A stretch of DNA of 64,000 nt from Squalus acanthias (GCA_030390025.1 CM059433.1:19408001-19472000), one strand, 5' to 3'. Shown: positions 49,358 to 63,428, counted from the first letter of the stretch. Notes: a model not told the origin generated them from the sequence alone. Program-made: numbers and translations.

Positions 49358-49730
49358 ATTAGTGGGAAGCAATATCAGGGCCCACATTTGTTCACTATAA
49401 TCTGAACCATAATGGAGTATAGATTTAAAAAAATCTATTTTACTTAAATGTCATTTTTTTTTTACCTGATATATCTAACATTTGTTTATGTATCTCCAAT
49501 TAGCAGAATTAGGAAAGTACACATTGTGAAAACTATCTGTTGCTCTGACTCCGGCCTCTTATGCATCCCCCCTCGCTTTACCCACCATTGGTGGCTCTAC
49601 TTTCAACTGCCTAGACCCCACACTCTGGAATCCCCTCCCTAAATCGCTCCACCACTTTACCTTCCTCTCCTCCTATAGGGCCATCCTTAAAACCCAGCTC
49701 TTTGACCAGGTTTTTGGTCGCCGATCTAAT

Positions 49731-50494
49731 GGGCCAAAAATTCGTCCCTTCCCGGGTGAGTACACAACGTGTGTACTCACCCATAAGACGTCCCGAAGTG
49801 CCGGTTTCCTGCATGCACTGCGCATGCGCGGGAAACCGGAACTTCCGGTCTGGTGAAGGGGGCGGTTCCTAGGTGAACCGCGTGCACGGTAGAGGCTGCG
49901 CGCACGCAGCACACTTAGATTTTTTTTCAGGTTTCTACACGAGGGTAAGTATTGAAGATACTACGCTGTTAAAAAGGAGGCGCAAGACCTGTTTTCAACA
50001 AGGTAAGTAGTTAATTAAGTATAATTTAAAATTTTTTCAACAGGTTTATCTTTTTTAGATACTTTAAAGAAAGGTAAGTTTATTTTTATCACTTTTAAAA
50101 AGTATTTTAATTTTTTCAAAAATTTAAATTTTTCTTTAAAGTGGTTAATTTATTTAACTATAGTTATTTTATAAATGTGATGGGTTTTTAAAAAAAATTA
50201 TTTTAAGTTTAGCTGTTCTTTTGGGGCCGATTTCAATTCACAGATTTGACAGGTCCTGTCAAATCTATGAATGAAAGATGGTCTGCTGCCATTGGCTCTC
50301 CATGGCCCACGTGATCCCAGGGGACGCATCGCACTAACTGCGACCCTGGAACACGCAAGCACTGCGCGCCGGCAGTTGGGAGAGGCCCAGGACCCGAAGT
50401 TCCCGTGGGCCCAAAACACAACGGCAGACGCGGTAGGTAAGTGCGCGCGCGATCCTTACCCCCGCGGCAAGCCGGAGAGGCGAATTTCTGGGCC
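49731..50494. mobile_element. 764-bp non-autonomous Harbinger-like element splitting an L2 3' end (49545-49730 / 50495-50590)
   Basis: TIRs gggccaaaaattcg / cgaatttctgggcc (12 of 14), TSD AAT; host rejoins as tctAATatctcc. Confidence 0.82.
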
Positions 50495-50885
50495 AATATC
50501 TCCTCCTTGGCTTGGCGGCCATTTTTTGATTACGCCTCTGTGAAGCACTTTGGCACATTTTTCTATGTTAATGGCACTGTATAATTGCAAGCTCCTGCTT
50601 TTATTCCAAAAGGAAAGATATTGTCAGATGAATGTACAATGCTTTGCTATTTTCCTTAGCATTTTCTGATTCTTGCAGAATATTTCACAGCGATGTCTTT
50701 TTTTGCTGCAGAATGCATCTCTCCTGGTGATCTTGGAAAACATCCAAGATCAGTGTGCATGATGACTTCATGCAGAATTATTCCATTTGTGTAGCCTCTG
50801 GCCTCGAGATAGAAGAGCATAAAATCAAACCTTGAAGGACTTTCATCTTCTGATTTACCTGTCTTTTAGAATTCTTTCTTTGCTA

Positions 50886-53800
50886 CTTATTATCAAACAA
50901 ATTTGACACCGAGCCAGATAAGGTGATATTAGGACAGGTGACCAAAAGCTTGGTCAAAGAGGTAGGTTTAAAGGAGTGTTTTAAAGGAGGAGAGATGGAG
51001 AGGGTTAGGGAGGGAATTCCAGAGCTTAGGGCCTCGGCAGCTGAAGGCATGGCCACCAATGGTGGAGCGATGAAAATCAGGAATGCGCAAGACCCAGATT
51101 TAGAGGAGTGCAGATATCTCGGTGTGTTGTAGGGCTGGAGGAAGTTACAGATATACGATGGGGTGAAACCATGGAGGGATTTGAAAACAAAAATGAGAAT
51201 TTTAAAATCAAGGCGTTGCCGGACCGGGAACCAAAGTAGGCCAGCGAGCACATAGCTGATGGTTATCGGGACTTGGTGCGAGTTAGGACACGGGCAGCAG
51301 AGATTTGGATGAGCTCAAGTTTACGGAAGGTAGAACGTGGGAGGCCAACCAGGAGTGCATTGGAATAGTCACGTCTAGAGGTAATAAAGGCATGGATGAG
51401 GGTTTCAGCAGCAGATGAGCTGAGGCAGGGTGGAGACGGGTGATGTTACGGAGGTGGAAGTAGATGATTTTGGTGTTGGAGAGGATATGGGGTCGGAAGC
51501 TCAGCTCATAGAAACATAGAAACATGGAAGATAGGAGCAGGAGCAGGCCATTCGGCCCCTCGAGCCTGCTCCGCCATTTAATGAGATCATGGCTGATCAT
51601 TCAAATTCAGTACCCTGTCCCTGCTTTCTCCCCATATCCTTGATCCCTTTAGCCTTAAGAAATATATCTAACTCCTTCTTGAATATATTTAATGAATTGG
51701 CCTCAACTGCCTTCTGTGGTAGAGAATTCCACAGGTTCACCACTCTCTGGGTGAAGAAATTCCTCCTCATCTCAGTCCTAAATGGCTTACCCCTTATCCT
51801 TAGACTGTGACCCCTGGTTCTGGACTCCCCCGCCATCGGGAACATCCTTCCTGCATCTAGTCTGTCTAGTCCTGTTAGAATTTTATAAGTTTCAATGAGA
51901 TCCCCTCTCATTCTTCTAAACTCCAGCGAATACAAGCCCAATCGTCCCAATCTCTCTTCATACATCATTCCTGCCATCCCAGGTATCAGTCTGGTGAATC
52001 TTCGCTGCACTCCCTCCATGACAAGAACATCCTTCCTCAGATAAGGCGACCAAAACTGCACACAATGCTCAAGGTGTGGTCTCACCAAGGCCCTGTACAA
52101 CTGCAGCAAGACATCCTTGCTCCTGTACTCGAATCCTCTCGCTATGAAGGCCAACATACTATTTGCCTTCTTAACCGCCTGCTGCACCTGCATGCTTACC
52201 TTCAACGACTGGTGCACAACGACTCCCAGATCTCGTTGCACTTCCCCTTTTCCCAATCTATTGCCGTTCAGATAATAATCTGCCTTCCTGTTTTTGCCAC
52301 CAAAGTGGATAACCTCGCATTTATCCACATTATACTGCATCTGCCATGCATCTGCCCAATCACCCAACTTGTCCAAATCATACTGGAGTTTCTCTGCATC
52401 CTCCTCACAACACACATGCCCACCCAGCTTTGTATCGTCTGCAAACTTGGAGATATTACATCTAGTTCCCTCGTCTAGATCATTAATATATATTGTGAAT
52501 AACTCGGGTCTTAGCACCGATCCCTGCGGTATCCCACTAGTCACTGCCTGCCACTCGGAAAAAGACCCGTTTATTCCAACTCTTTGCTTCCTGTCTGCCA
52601 ACCAGTTCTCTATCCAAGTCAGTACCTTACCCCCAATCCCATGTACTTTAACTTTACACGCTAATCTCTTATGCGGGACCTTATCGAAAGCCTTCTGAAA
52701 GTCCAAATACACCACATCCACTGGTTCTCCCTTATCTATTCTACCAGTTACTACTCAGGGTCAAATAGGATGCCAAGATTATGAATGGTCTGGTTCAGCC
52801 TCAGACAGTGGCCAGGGAGAGGGATGGACTCGGTGCCTAGGGAGTAGAGTTTGTGGAGGGGTCCAAAGACAATGGCTTCAATCTTCCCAATATTTAATGG
52901 TAGATTCTTGGGGGACTCCAGAGGTAGCAGTACGGGAGTGGGAAGAGAAGCCAATGCAGGAGATTTTCTGGCTATGACTGGATAGATAAGAATGGAACCA
53001 GGCAAGGGCAGTTCCACCCAGCTGGCAAAGGACGAAAGGTGTTGGAGGAGGATGTTGTGGTTAACAGTGTCAAAGGCTACAGACGAGATCGAGAAGGATG
53101 AAGAGGGCTAGTTTACCATGGTCACAGTCACATAGGATGTCATTTGTGACTTTGATAGGGGCCATTTCAGTGCTGTGGCAGGGGTGGAAACCTGATTGGA
53201 GGGGGGTCAAACATGGAGTTGCGGGAAAGATAAGAAAGGATTTGAGAAGCGGCAACACGTTCACGGACTTTGGACATGAAAGAGAGGTTGGAGATGGGGA
53301 GGTAGTTTGCAAGGACAGAGGGGTCAAGTGTGGATTTTTTGAGGATGAGGGTGATGATGACAGATTTGAAGGGGAGGGGGACAGTACCTGAGGAGAGGGA
53401 ACTATTACCAATATCAGCTAACATAGGGGCTAGGAAAGGAAGTTGGGTGGTTAGCAGTTTGGTGGGAATAGGGTTGAGGGAGCAGGAGTTGGGTCTCATG
53501 GACAAGATGAGCTTGTAAGGGCATGAGGGGAGATCAGAGAGAAACTAGAAAAAGATGCAAGTTTAGGCTACGGCAGGGAGAACCTTGGGGGAAGTTTGGA
53601 TAGGTGGGCTAGGGGAAGGGAGGGAAGTGGCAGAGGCAGCTGAATGGAAGATCTCACTGACAAAGACGTCCATGAGCTCCTCGCACTTCTTGTTGGAGGT
53701 GAGGGTGGAGCGGGGTGGGGAGAGGGGTTTAAGAACATGGTTGGTAGTGAAAAAGAGAAGATGGGGGTTATCTTAGCATTCCAGGATGATCCTGTAATAG

Positions 53801-54170
53801 TGAGCAGTTTTGGGAGAAGAGAGCAGGACCCGATAGTGCTTTATGTAATCCAGCCAGATCTGGCGATGAAAGGCTAAACCAGTTGTCCGCCATAAATATT
53901 CAAGTCTGCATTCCTTGGACTTAAGGGAGCGGAGATTGGGGCCGTATGAGGGAAAATAACCAAGGTGAGAGAGAGTGGGGACAAATGCTTCAAAGGTGGA
54001 GGTGAGGGTGTGATTGAGCAGGTCGTAGCTGCAGAAATGTTATGGTGAAATTAGAGCCAAAGGCTAGATAATTGGGAATTTGAAAGTGCCATTGTAAGTG
54101 ACTTGGGGGAGAGTTTTTTCCAGGGCAGACACAGAAGGAAGTATGGTTGGGACGGGGAAAGGGGATGTGA
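50886..54170 (-). mobile_element. L2-clade LINE (RT region to 3' end) interrupted by CR1
   Basis: LDPSVLANYLPISNLSF, QSGFHPCHSTEMA, LILLDL, LNIGKIEAIVF, FKILIFVFKSLHG. Confidence 0.9.
51508..52751 (-). mobile_element. Young 5'-truncated CR1 with uninterrupted 374-aa RT C-terminal ORF (51597-52721)
   Basis: LDFQKAFDKV, GIPQGSVL, KFADDTKL; tail atagaaacatagaaac; L2 host resumes at ctcagggtcaaatagg. Confidence 0.95.
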
Positions 54171-54600
54171 GTAAAAGTCGACAAATCCCAAGGACCGGAT
54201 GACCTATATTCTAGGGTTTCGAAAGAGGTGGCCATTGGAATAGTGGACGCATTGGTTGTCATCTTCCAAAATTCTGTAGATTCTGGAATGGTTCCTGCAG
54301 ATTGGAGGATAGCAAATGTAACCGCGCTATTTAAGAAAGGAGGGAGAGAGAAAACGGGGAACTACAGACCTGTTAGCCTCACATCAGTAGTTGGGAAAAT
54401 GCTGGAATCTATAATAAAGGATGCAATAACTGGGCACTTAGAAACTAATAGTAAGATTGGGCAGAGTCAACATGGATTTATGAAAGGGAAATCCTGTTTG
54501 ACAAACCTATTGGAGTTCTTTGAGGATGTAAGTAGTGGAGTAGACAAAGGGGAACTGGTAGATGTGGTGTATCTGGATTTTCAGAAGGCCTTCGATAAGG
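54171..54600 (+). mobile_element. CR1 internal RT fragment
   Basis: WRIANVTALFKKG, NYRPVSLTS, LDFQKAFDKV. Confidence 0.9.
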
Positions 54601-55286
54601 TCCCTCCTCGTCCTCTTCCTCGTCCTCTTTATCTTCCTCCAAGGAGGCTGTGGGCTGAGCCACTTGTTCATCCGGCAGCACTTAGCCGTGCTGCTCTTCC
54701 TCCGAACCTGACGACCGGGATGACAGGATGTAAATGGTTCCCATTCCGTTGTTATAGATTTCAGTTGAGGCAAGAAGCTTGCAAGCACACACTCAAAGTG
54801 GCCTGAAATTATTCCAATCAGTTCAAACAGCAGATGTGTGTCAGCTTGACCAGTCACAAGGTCAGTAGATTTGCAAAATCTTATCCCAAACCTCCAACAA
54901 CAAAGTTGTTGCATTTGAATGACAGCCATGTTACAGGAGTGCTTTTAAAGTGCTGCACCAATAATGACTACAGATCATGTCCTCCACCAACTCGTCTCCT
55001 TGCAGCTGGACTGTTTCTGACAAGACGGGAAGTAGGAGCCAGAAGCATGAAAATGGGAAACCATTATCAAAATAGGATTATCAAGGCAGTTAACAGGCTC
55101 TTAACTGCCTTAACTACCTGTCCCACCAGTTCCAGTCGGGTCAGTTTGAGAGCGACTGAACAGACACTCGCAAAAATCGGGTGGGGGTGGGATGGAGGCG
55201 GGTTGGGTGTCTGAAGCCATTTTTTCCGATTTTCGCAGCTGACCCGCCTCCAAACCTGCCTCCTCAGGGCTCTTAAAATCGAGCCC
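54601..55286 (-). mobile_element. Harbinger arm with probable transposase N-terminal remnant
   Basis: Ends aaaatcgagccc as at 11535; atggttcccatt..tcagttgagg shared with 11021-11060; Arg-rich minus-strand peptide. Confidence 0.65.
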
Positions 55287-55542
55287 CAGGTCTAAATACT
55301 TGAAGTCATGAAGCCCGTAAATTTGCAACCAAACTACACAACAAGAAAAAGCAGGAGGCAGCAGAAAAGAATTCTCCTGAAGTTCACAAATTTGTTATTG
55401 AACTTTGAAGAGTATATGACTAAGTAACAATTCACTGGATGGATAATTAGGGATCCAATTGAAAGCAGGGAAAAATATATTGTAGAATTATTTATTCTTA
55501 GCTTTAGGCTTTCTGCTCTCCTTTGAATTGTGAAGAAATAAA

Positions 55543-55970
55543 AGACTTGTATTTATATTGTGCCTTTCATGACCTCAAGACATCCCAAAGCACTTTACAG
55601 CCACTGAAGTACTTAAAATTTAATTACTGTTATAATGTAGGAAATGTGGCAGCTATCTTGCACAAGGCCCCACAAATAGCAATGTGATAAGGACCAGATA
55701 ATCTGCTTTTAGGTGTTGGTTGAGGGATAAATATTGGCCAGGACAGCGGGGAGAACTTTGGGACGTCTTAAGGTCATGAAAGGCACTGTATAAATGCAAG
55801 TCTTCCTTTCTTCGTCAAAATAGTGCCATGTGATTTTTAACATCCAGCTGAGAGGGCAGACAGGGCCTCAGTTTAACATCTCATCTGAAAGACAGCACCT
55901 CCAACAGTGCAGTACTGTGGGAGCGTCCGCCTAGATTTTTTTGCTCAAATCTCTGGATTGGGACTTGAAC
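55543..55970 (-). mobile_element. Deu-type tRNA-derived SINE with an inverted ~50-bp tail copy inside (55756-55804)
   Basis: Same blocks as 39510-39915; 55543-55590 and 55756-55804 are reverse complements. Confidence 0.72.
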
Positions 55971-55974
55971 CCAC

Positions 55975-56530
55975 AAGAAAAGCAGTGGTCCTAGAACCAA
56001 CCCCTGGGGAACACCACTGCATACCTTCCTCCAGTCCGTGAAACAACCGTTCACCACTACTTTCTGTTTCCTGTCACTGAGCCAATTTTGTATCCATGCT
56101 GCCACTGTCCTTTTTATTCCATGTGCCCCTGTCCCTTTTATTCCGCGTTATCTGAGCCACAGAAGGCGATATTAGGACAGGTGACCAAAAGCGTGGTCAA
56201 AGCGGTAGGTTTTAAGGATCGTCTTAAAGGAGGAGAAAGAGATAGAGAGGCGGAGAGGTTTAGGGAGGGAATTCCAGAGCTTAGGCCCTAAGCAGTTGAA
56301 GGCACGGCCACCAATGGTGGGTCGATGAAAATTGGGCTGAGCAAGAGGCCAGAATTGGAGGAGTGCAGAGATCCTGGCGGTTGCAGGGCTGGAGGAGGTT
56401 ACAGAGATAGGTAGGGGCAAGGCCATGGAGGTGTTTAGAAACAAGGATGAGAATTTTAAAATCGAGGCACTGCGAATGTAGGTCAGCAAGCACAGGGGTG
56501 ATGGGTGAATGGGACTTGGTGCAATCAGAG
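55975..56530 (-). mobile_element. CR1 RT fragment (55975-56125) followed by L2 3' fragment (56150-56530)
   Basis: WIQNWLSDRKQKV..SGVPQG; PITPVLADLH..FKILILV. Confidence 0.8.
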
Positions 56531-57725
56531 ACATTACTTAAGCCAGTGATCAATCAGTGAATAAATGCACGTAGAGAAAAGTACAACAGCCTGGTTGGAC
56601 TAGGATCAGCTGTTCCTTTCTAGTTTCTGTGATAGTTGTTATTGATCTTTATCTTTAAACATCACTGTAAGCTTGGTTTATTGCTTGGAACAATGAGGCT
56701 GCCTTTTCTCCCTTTGGCTTTGATAAATATTCTTGTTATTTTTAAAAGCCCTGTAAAATTTGATGAGCCAGGGGTGTAAGGTTAGATAAAATCTAGCAGA
56801 TTCATGATAAAAATAAAAAAAAGGAAAGTATCTGAATCGATTTTTTGAGGCAGCAAGGATACAGCTGAAAACAATAGGCTAAGATGCAAACCTTGGATTT
56901 ACACAACGTACATCATTTGCAAAATCACATGGAGTAAATGTTTTTTTTTGGAGTGGCCAACGTAACATTTGCAGCATTACATTGAGTGCAGCATTTATAC
57001 AGACAGCAGCTGTAGTTTCTGAGCATAATTTAAATCAAAAAGTTGTGTTGTTTTGATGTATTGATATACCAATCCAGTGATTGAAATATGCCTGTGATAG
57101 CAGCAAAAACAAGCTGATGTAGACCCAAATGAATAAAATATTAGGCGAAGAGAGGATGAGTATGAATTGCACATAATACATAGAATTATCACTAGGGAGA
57201 CAGCTACTCTTGCTGAAGCATTAGTTCTTGTATAAGCACGGGAACAGAAGTTCAAATATGTAGCTAAGTTGCAGGAAAACTATAACCAAGAATTGATGGT
57301 TGCACTATGGGGGGATACTGCTGGCAGAAAGGACTACTTCAGTATGCTTTCGTACTTGTGTTGCAAAGGAGATGAGAAAAAGGATTGGTGTGAGCACGGA
57401 GACTTTTCCATGAATGCTGTGATCAACAAGATGCACCACCATTAATAATTACCGCTCATTTGTCATTCAGAAGTCTTAAATCAGATACAAAAAAAGTCTG
57501 TGATGAGAAAGCCCTTACAATTGTACCGAGGGCAATCTTGATGCTGTGGACTGACATTCATCAAATGATCGAGTGAATTCCACTCAGTGAACGGCCTTTA
57601 ACAGCAATCAAACTCAGCTAGCTACTCATCTAAATTTTAAGATAACTATCTGTTGAAATTATGACTGCTGATTGTCTTTCCATTAAGAATGCTATTTTCT
57701 GATAGGTAGTTCAGACCATGACATT

Positions 57726-58437
57726 GGTCCGCATTTTGCGGTGGTAATGACGACAAAACTGTCAGCATTCGCCGTCATTACTCCTGGAATCAGCACATGC
57801 GCAGATAAACGTGGAAATCCAGATGCTGCTTTCAGTCATTCCTTACTCCTCCACAAGTTGTGCTAAGGAACTCGCCAGAGCCGGCAATCAATTCAAATCA
57901 CAGTTCCTGATGAAAACTTCCCCTATTACGCTGGAATATCACTGTTAAACCCCCCCACCCCCCAAAAAAAATGTTAAGCCTTGTTGTAATAGGTGTTTTT
58001 AACAGTGTAGTGACTGCTGAACAACCGTTCTGCCCCTGAAAATCTAATTTTATATTTGTGGAATGTCAATTTTTTCCATTAATAGAATTACATGGCTTTG
58101 AATATAATAATTTTTTTTAAAGTTTGATAATGATATTTCAGCTTCTACCTTAATCCCATGTGTATGTGCCAAACTTTGTTATGCTCTCTGTAAAATTTCT
58201 AAAAAAAATAAATTATAATCTGTGCATTTTACATCCTGGTTTGCTGTCTATGAGAATTCTTCAATTTGATTGGCTGCTTAGCCTGCTTGATGACATAACT
58301 GTTGCTGGCGCCAGATTCAAACTAAGGTTGGGAGAGCTGAAATTCACGCCACAGAGATCGTTAGATCTTTGTGGGCAGCTTTCTCCGAGGCCAGCGGCGA
58401 GCGCCGTCGCTTCGCCGTTGACCGCATATTCCAAGCC
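57726..58437. mobile_element. 712-bp non-autonomous Harbinger-like element
   Basis: Ends ggtccgcattttgcggt / accgcatattccaagcc, TSD ATT. Confidence 0.65.
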
Positions 58438-58896
58438 ATTATTTCTGCCGGATATCCCAGAAAGCACAATATACTAACTTATTCATTGCCACCCCTTCTT
58501 CCTCTTATCTGTTTGCTTCCACTCTCATTCTGTTCGAGCAAATTAAACAGTTAAGAATCCAGCCTCACTCACAGGTGCTGATACCAATATCGCCTCTTTG
58601 ATTGGTAGCTGGCAGACTCCGTTCAAAAGTTAAAACCTAGGCTGCATCTAGCATACTTTTGACAAAAAAGGTGACAGCTCAATCTGTTACTGTCATCAAC
58701 CAAAAACCTTATCAGTCTTGGCTCAGTGGTAGCACTCTCACCACTCAGTTAGAAGGTTGTGGCTTCTAAGCCCCACTCTAGAAGTTGAGCATATGATCTG
58801 GACTGATACTTCAGTGTAGTAGTAAAACATCTCATGGCACTATAAGAAGAGCATCAAAGTACTCCTGTTGTCCCAGCCAACATTTATTTCTTAACT

Positions 58897-60535
58897 AACA
58901 ACAACGACAACTTGCATTTATAGAGCGACTTTAACATAGTAAAACGTCCCAAGGCACTTCACAGGAGCGTTATCAAACAAAATTGGACACCGAGCCTAAT
59001 AAGGAGATACTAGGACAGGTGACCAAAAGCTTGGTCAAAGAGGTATGTTTTAAGGAGCATCTTGAAAGGGGTAGAGAGGCGGAGAGGGGTAGGGAGGGAA
59101 TTCCAGAGCTTAGGGCCTAGGCAGCTGAAGGCACGGCCACCAATGGTGGAGCAATTAAAATCAGGGATGTGCACTGCAGCAACTCGCCAAGGTTTCTTCG
59201 GCAGCACCTCCCAAACCCGCGACCTCTACCACCTAGAAGGACAAGGGCAGCAGACGTATGGGGACACCACCACCTCCAAGTTCCCCTCCAAGTCACACAC
59301 CATCCTGACTTAGAAGTATATCGCCGATCCTTCATCGTCGCTGGGTCAAAATCCTGGAACTCCCTCCCTAACAGCACTGTGGGAGTACCATCACCACGCG
59401 GACTGCAGCGGTTCAAGAAGGCGGCTCACCACCACCTTCTCAAGGACAACTAGGGATGGGCAATAAATGCTGGCCTTGCCAGCGACGCACAGATCCCATA
59501 AGCAAATAAAAAAAAAGAGGCCAGAATTGGAGGAGCACAGAGGTCTGTAGGGCTGGAGGAGGTTACAGAGATAAGGAGGGGGTGAAGCCATGTAGGGATT
59601 TGAAAACAAGGATGATAATTTTCAAATTGAGGCCTTGCCCAACTGGGAGCCAATGTAGCTCAGCTAGCATAGGGGTGGTGGCTGATTGGGACTTGGTGCG
59701 AGTTAGGATATGGGCAGCAGAATTTTGGATGAGCTCAAGTTTATGTAGGCTGGAAGATGGGAAGCCGGTCAGGAGTGCATTGGAGTAGTCAAGTCTAGAG
59801 GTAGCAAAGGCATGGATGAGGGTTTCACCAGCAGTTGAGCTGAGGCAGGGGCAGATTCAGGCGATGTTATGGAGGTGGAAGTAGGCAGTCTTCATGATGG
59901 AGCGGATATGTAGTATGTAGCTAATCTCGGGGTCAAATACGACACCAAGGTTGCAAACAGTCTGGTTCAGCCTCAGAGACAGTTGCCAGGGAGAGAGATG
60001 GAGTCGGTGGCTCGGGAATGGAGTTTGTGGTGGGGACAGAAGACAATGGCTCCGGTCTACCCTATATTTAGTTGGAGGAAATTTCTGCTCATCCAGTACT
60101 GGATGTCGGGCAAGCAGTGTGACAAATTAGAGACAATGGAGGTTTCGAGTGAAGTGGTGGTGAGGGAGAGCTGGGTATCGTCAGCGTACATGTGGAACCT
60201 AACATGTTTTTGGATAATGTCGCTGAGGGTCAGTATGTAGATGAGAAATAGGAGGGTGCCAAAGATAGATCCTTAGGGGACTCCTGAAGTAATGTTGTGG
60301 GAGCGGGAAGAGAAGCCATTGCAGTTGATTCTCTGGCTACGACTGGATAGATAAGAATGGAACCAGGTGAGTGCAGTTCCACCCAGCTGGTTGATTAGGA
60401 GAGACTTTGGAGGAGGATGATGTGGTCAACCGTGTCAAAGGCTGCAGACAGGTCGAGAAGGACGAGGAAGGATAGTTTATCATGGTCACAGTCACATAGG
60501 ATGTCATTTGTGACTTTGATAAGGGCCGTTTCTGT
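58897..60535 (-). mobile_element. L2-clade LINE 3' part containing a plus-strand LINE 3' end (59173-59516, poly-A tailed)
   Basis: L2 motifs FHMYADDTQL and GRAFSCLGPKLWNSLP; insert encodes FIVAGSKSWNSLP..FKKAAHHHLL then aataaaaaaaaa. Confidence 0.88.
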
Positions 60536-61600
60536 ACTAACACCACCAAAAATAGATTAACTGGTCTATTATCTCATTGCTGCATGTGGGACCCTGCTGT
60601 GCCTAAATTGGCTGTTGTGTTTGTTTAAAGTCAACAGTGACTACACTTCAAAAGTAACTTATTGGCTGTGAAGTACTTTGAGATGTTAAAGGTGGTAAAA
60701 AATGCAAGTTCTTTTTTTAACAGGTACATCACAAAGGTTCCGCTAGAGAGCTGTTTCTTATCTTTCATTCATCATGTGATACCAAAATGGTACATTTGGA
60801 AGAAAGTACTCATATCAGCTAAGAGACTTTTGTAGATCCATATACAAAAACTAGGACTAATATTGTCCTCAGTGACAATTAATTCTTATCTCCCATCACA
60901 GACAGCACTTGTGTCTGTGCACACAGAGAAAGTGACTTTGCTTGCGTAATTAGTATTTTTACACTTGAAGTAATTTAGTCACAATGGCATCTCCTGCAGA
61001 AAAGTGCTATGTAGGTTTTGGCAAATGCTACTTGCTTTATTCAGTGAGGGTTTGATCTCCCAGAGCAGTTAATGTTAATGTTGCAAAACTGTCCAAGCTG
61101 CATTTGTTATTTTCATATGTTCATCCAGCCTTAGGTGGATCTTCTGCAGCTGATGAATGTAAGAAAGCTTTTGTCCTTCTCTTCGTGCCTCAGGAAGCTT
61201 CAACTCAGACTTTATGCCAAATGACTCATTTGTTGCTGCCAAGACCATAACTGTAACTTATTGAACAGAAACAGCCCAGCTATCATACATTATTTACAGA
61301 AGGTACTTACTTGAGGAATGCATCTCCATTCAGCAAGAGTTGCTGTTCTTTCAGTGTACTACTTACCCTTGGCAGGAAATAGAAGTTGTTTGAAAACTTG
61401 CTTATCACCACATTTCCCTTAATCAGCTTGCTAATTGCAGTTTGTAAAGTCATTGATTCGTATAAACAACGTTCTGTGCCCATGTTCCTGAGATACATTT
61501 GCTATACATAAATTATTCCCACTTTGTTACCTACAGCACTTCTACAGTTCAAGTTCTGTCCAAAATGTAGAATAGAACAAAGTTCTTTATGTCTCCACAG

Positions 61601-61971
61601 ATGAGTCATCATCATCCAATTATGTTGAATGTATTTCTGGAATCATCAGCATTTTAGAGAAGGAAAGTGACCAGGCACAGTGCTTTGAGGAACCAGAATT
61701 TACACCGTGCTGCTGGGTGGTGGGAAGAATGTCAGTGACGCTCCATGGTTCTTCTGGGAGGTACATTAAAAAGCCAATGGGTTGTAACAACAAACCTGAG
61801 GGCAATGGACAAATGCTGGCCCTTCCATGTTACGTTGCTATCACAGAGCCTGCTGGAGGAAAGTATGCATCTGCTCATCAAGTCATCTCATGGCAGTGCT
61901 CCGATCCAGTCTGCAGATTTGCAGCATCCAGATGCGCGGCAACGTGGTTTAATATTATGCACTTGGGCTGA
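61601..61971 (+). other. Exon-like open stretch after a strong acceptor, possibly a decayed last exon of a Harbinger Myb gene
   Basis: ttctttatgtctccacag| then an open frame (D)ESSSSNYVECISG... to 61971; family assignment is a weak impression. Confidence 0.25.
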
Positions 61972-62698
61972 GCTCAGCCAGTCGCAATCAGCATTGTCGT
62001 CAATCTACATTGGTACAAATCCAGCAAACCACCTTCATGCTGCCCTTGGATGCTGCAATTCAGAAATCTCTCAACTCATCCGAAGGCCTTTCCTGCGAGC
62101 TTCTGGCGTCTGCATCGAGAAGCTGAGGTGGCTTCTGAGCAGAGTAGCAACCTGTAGAGGTTCCTTTGACTGCTGGGTCCTCACAAAGCTCAGCAGTCAG
62201 TACCTTGTAGCGGAACAAAGTTAAATCATTTTACTACATAAATCGTGCTAAAAATATCATATATATCGATACAGTGTAATATTATTTTTCCTTCAGTTTT
62301 ATAATGTGGTTCTATGGTTACAGCTGTGGACATTGCACACATATACATTTTTAAAATGATCTCTTTCTTTATATTTGCTACCTCAAGTGCGCCAGCAAAA
62401 ATAATAGTATTGCTATATATATTCGTTTTACAACTGAAGATGTAGTTTATTTTTCTCTTCCATAGGAACCTTTCAATCTCCGTTCATGTACGCACCCACC
62501 CTTCCAGGCTTTGTCTGCTCACCATGTCACTGTAGCTGCCTCTGGAATGTTCAGTCAGACGTGGAACTCTTTTACCCCATAGGTCCAGCCGTTCGCAATG
62601 TATTTGTGTAGAAGGTAGCTTCAGTCTGCCAGTGCAGTAGGGATATTATTTCCACCATGTACATAGTGTGTGCAGTAAGCATATTCCACTAATTTAAT

Positions 62699-63428
62699 GG
62701 GGCAGAATTTGTGGTCGGTCTGACGGCGCACTCTCAGAGTACGCCGTCACACCGTCTTTGAAATGGACAGCAAGTTTGAGATTTCCGTCTGCGCTTACGC
62801 ATGATTTAAATCCCGAACTTGCGATCTGTCAAGTTCCAACTTGACAGATTGTCCGCTCCGACACTGAATTCCTAATTGCTGGCCCAGAGTCGGGCTAATT
62901 GCCCACCAACTGCCCAGCAATTACCCATGAAAATTTTACGGCTTGTGCAAACAGGCACAGCAGCCTATTTGCACAGCGTAAGGGGATACCCGTCAATAAA
63001 GAATGTAAATCCAGACTGGGTAGAGTGAGAGACTGTTCGGGGAATTGACAGTTTTGAAATTAAAAAAAAATAAAAAATACACTTCCCTTACTCCCGTCAC
63101 TGTATCTTCAGGTGACTTTTCATGGTACAAAATGCATAAAAACTTTTATCAACATTACCTGCTGTACTCTCCCTAGAAAATACCACAGTATCTAGTGGGG
63201 GAGAATGAGAGACCTTCTGTTTCCTGATTGGAGCACCGGCCCACGTGGTCCCAGGTACGCTTACGCACACGGTGCGCCCCTGGCATCCGTGGGCCACTAC
63301 GCTGCGCACAACTCTGCAGCGTCTGACAGCAACTTTTTGTTTGGGGCCTCACAACAGGTAAGTGCACATTCGATTCGGATGCCGGAGGCATAATCCTTAA
63401 TTATGCCGCCGACCGCAAAATCCGGGCC
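62699..63428. mobile_element. 730-bp non-autonomous Harbinger-like element
   Basis: TIRs ggggcagaatttgtggtcgg / ccgaccgcaaaatccgggcc, TSD AAT. Confidence 0.75.

Noticed and set aside
54228..54806. 192-aa ORF as a novel fusion protein
   Set aside because: Chance read-through from a CR1 RT fragment into the antisense strand of a Harbinger arm.
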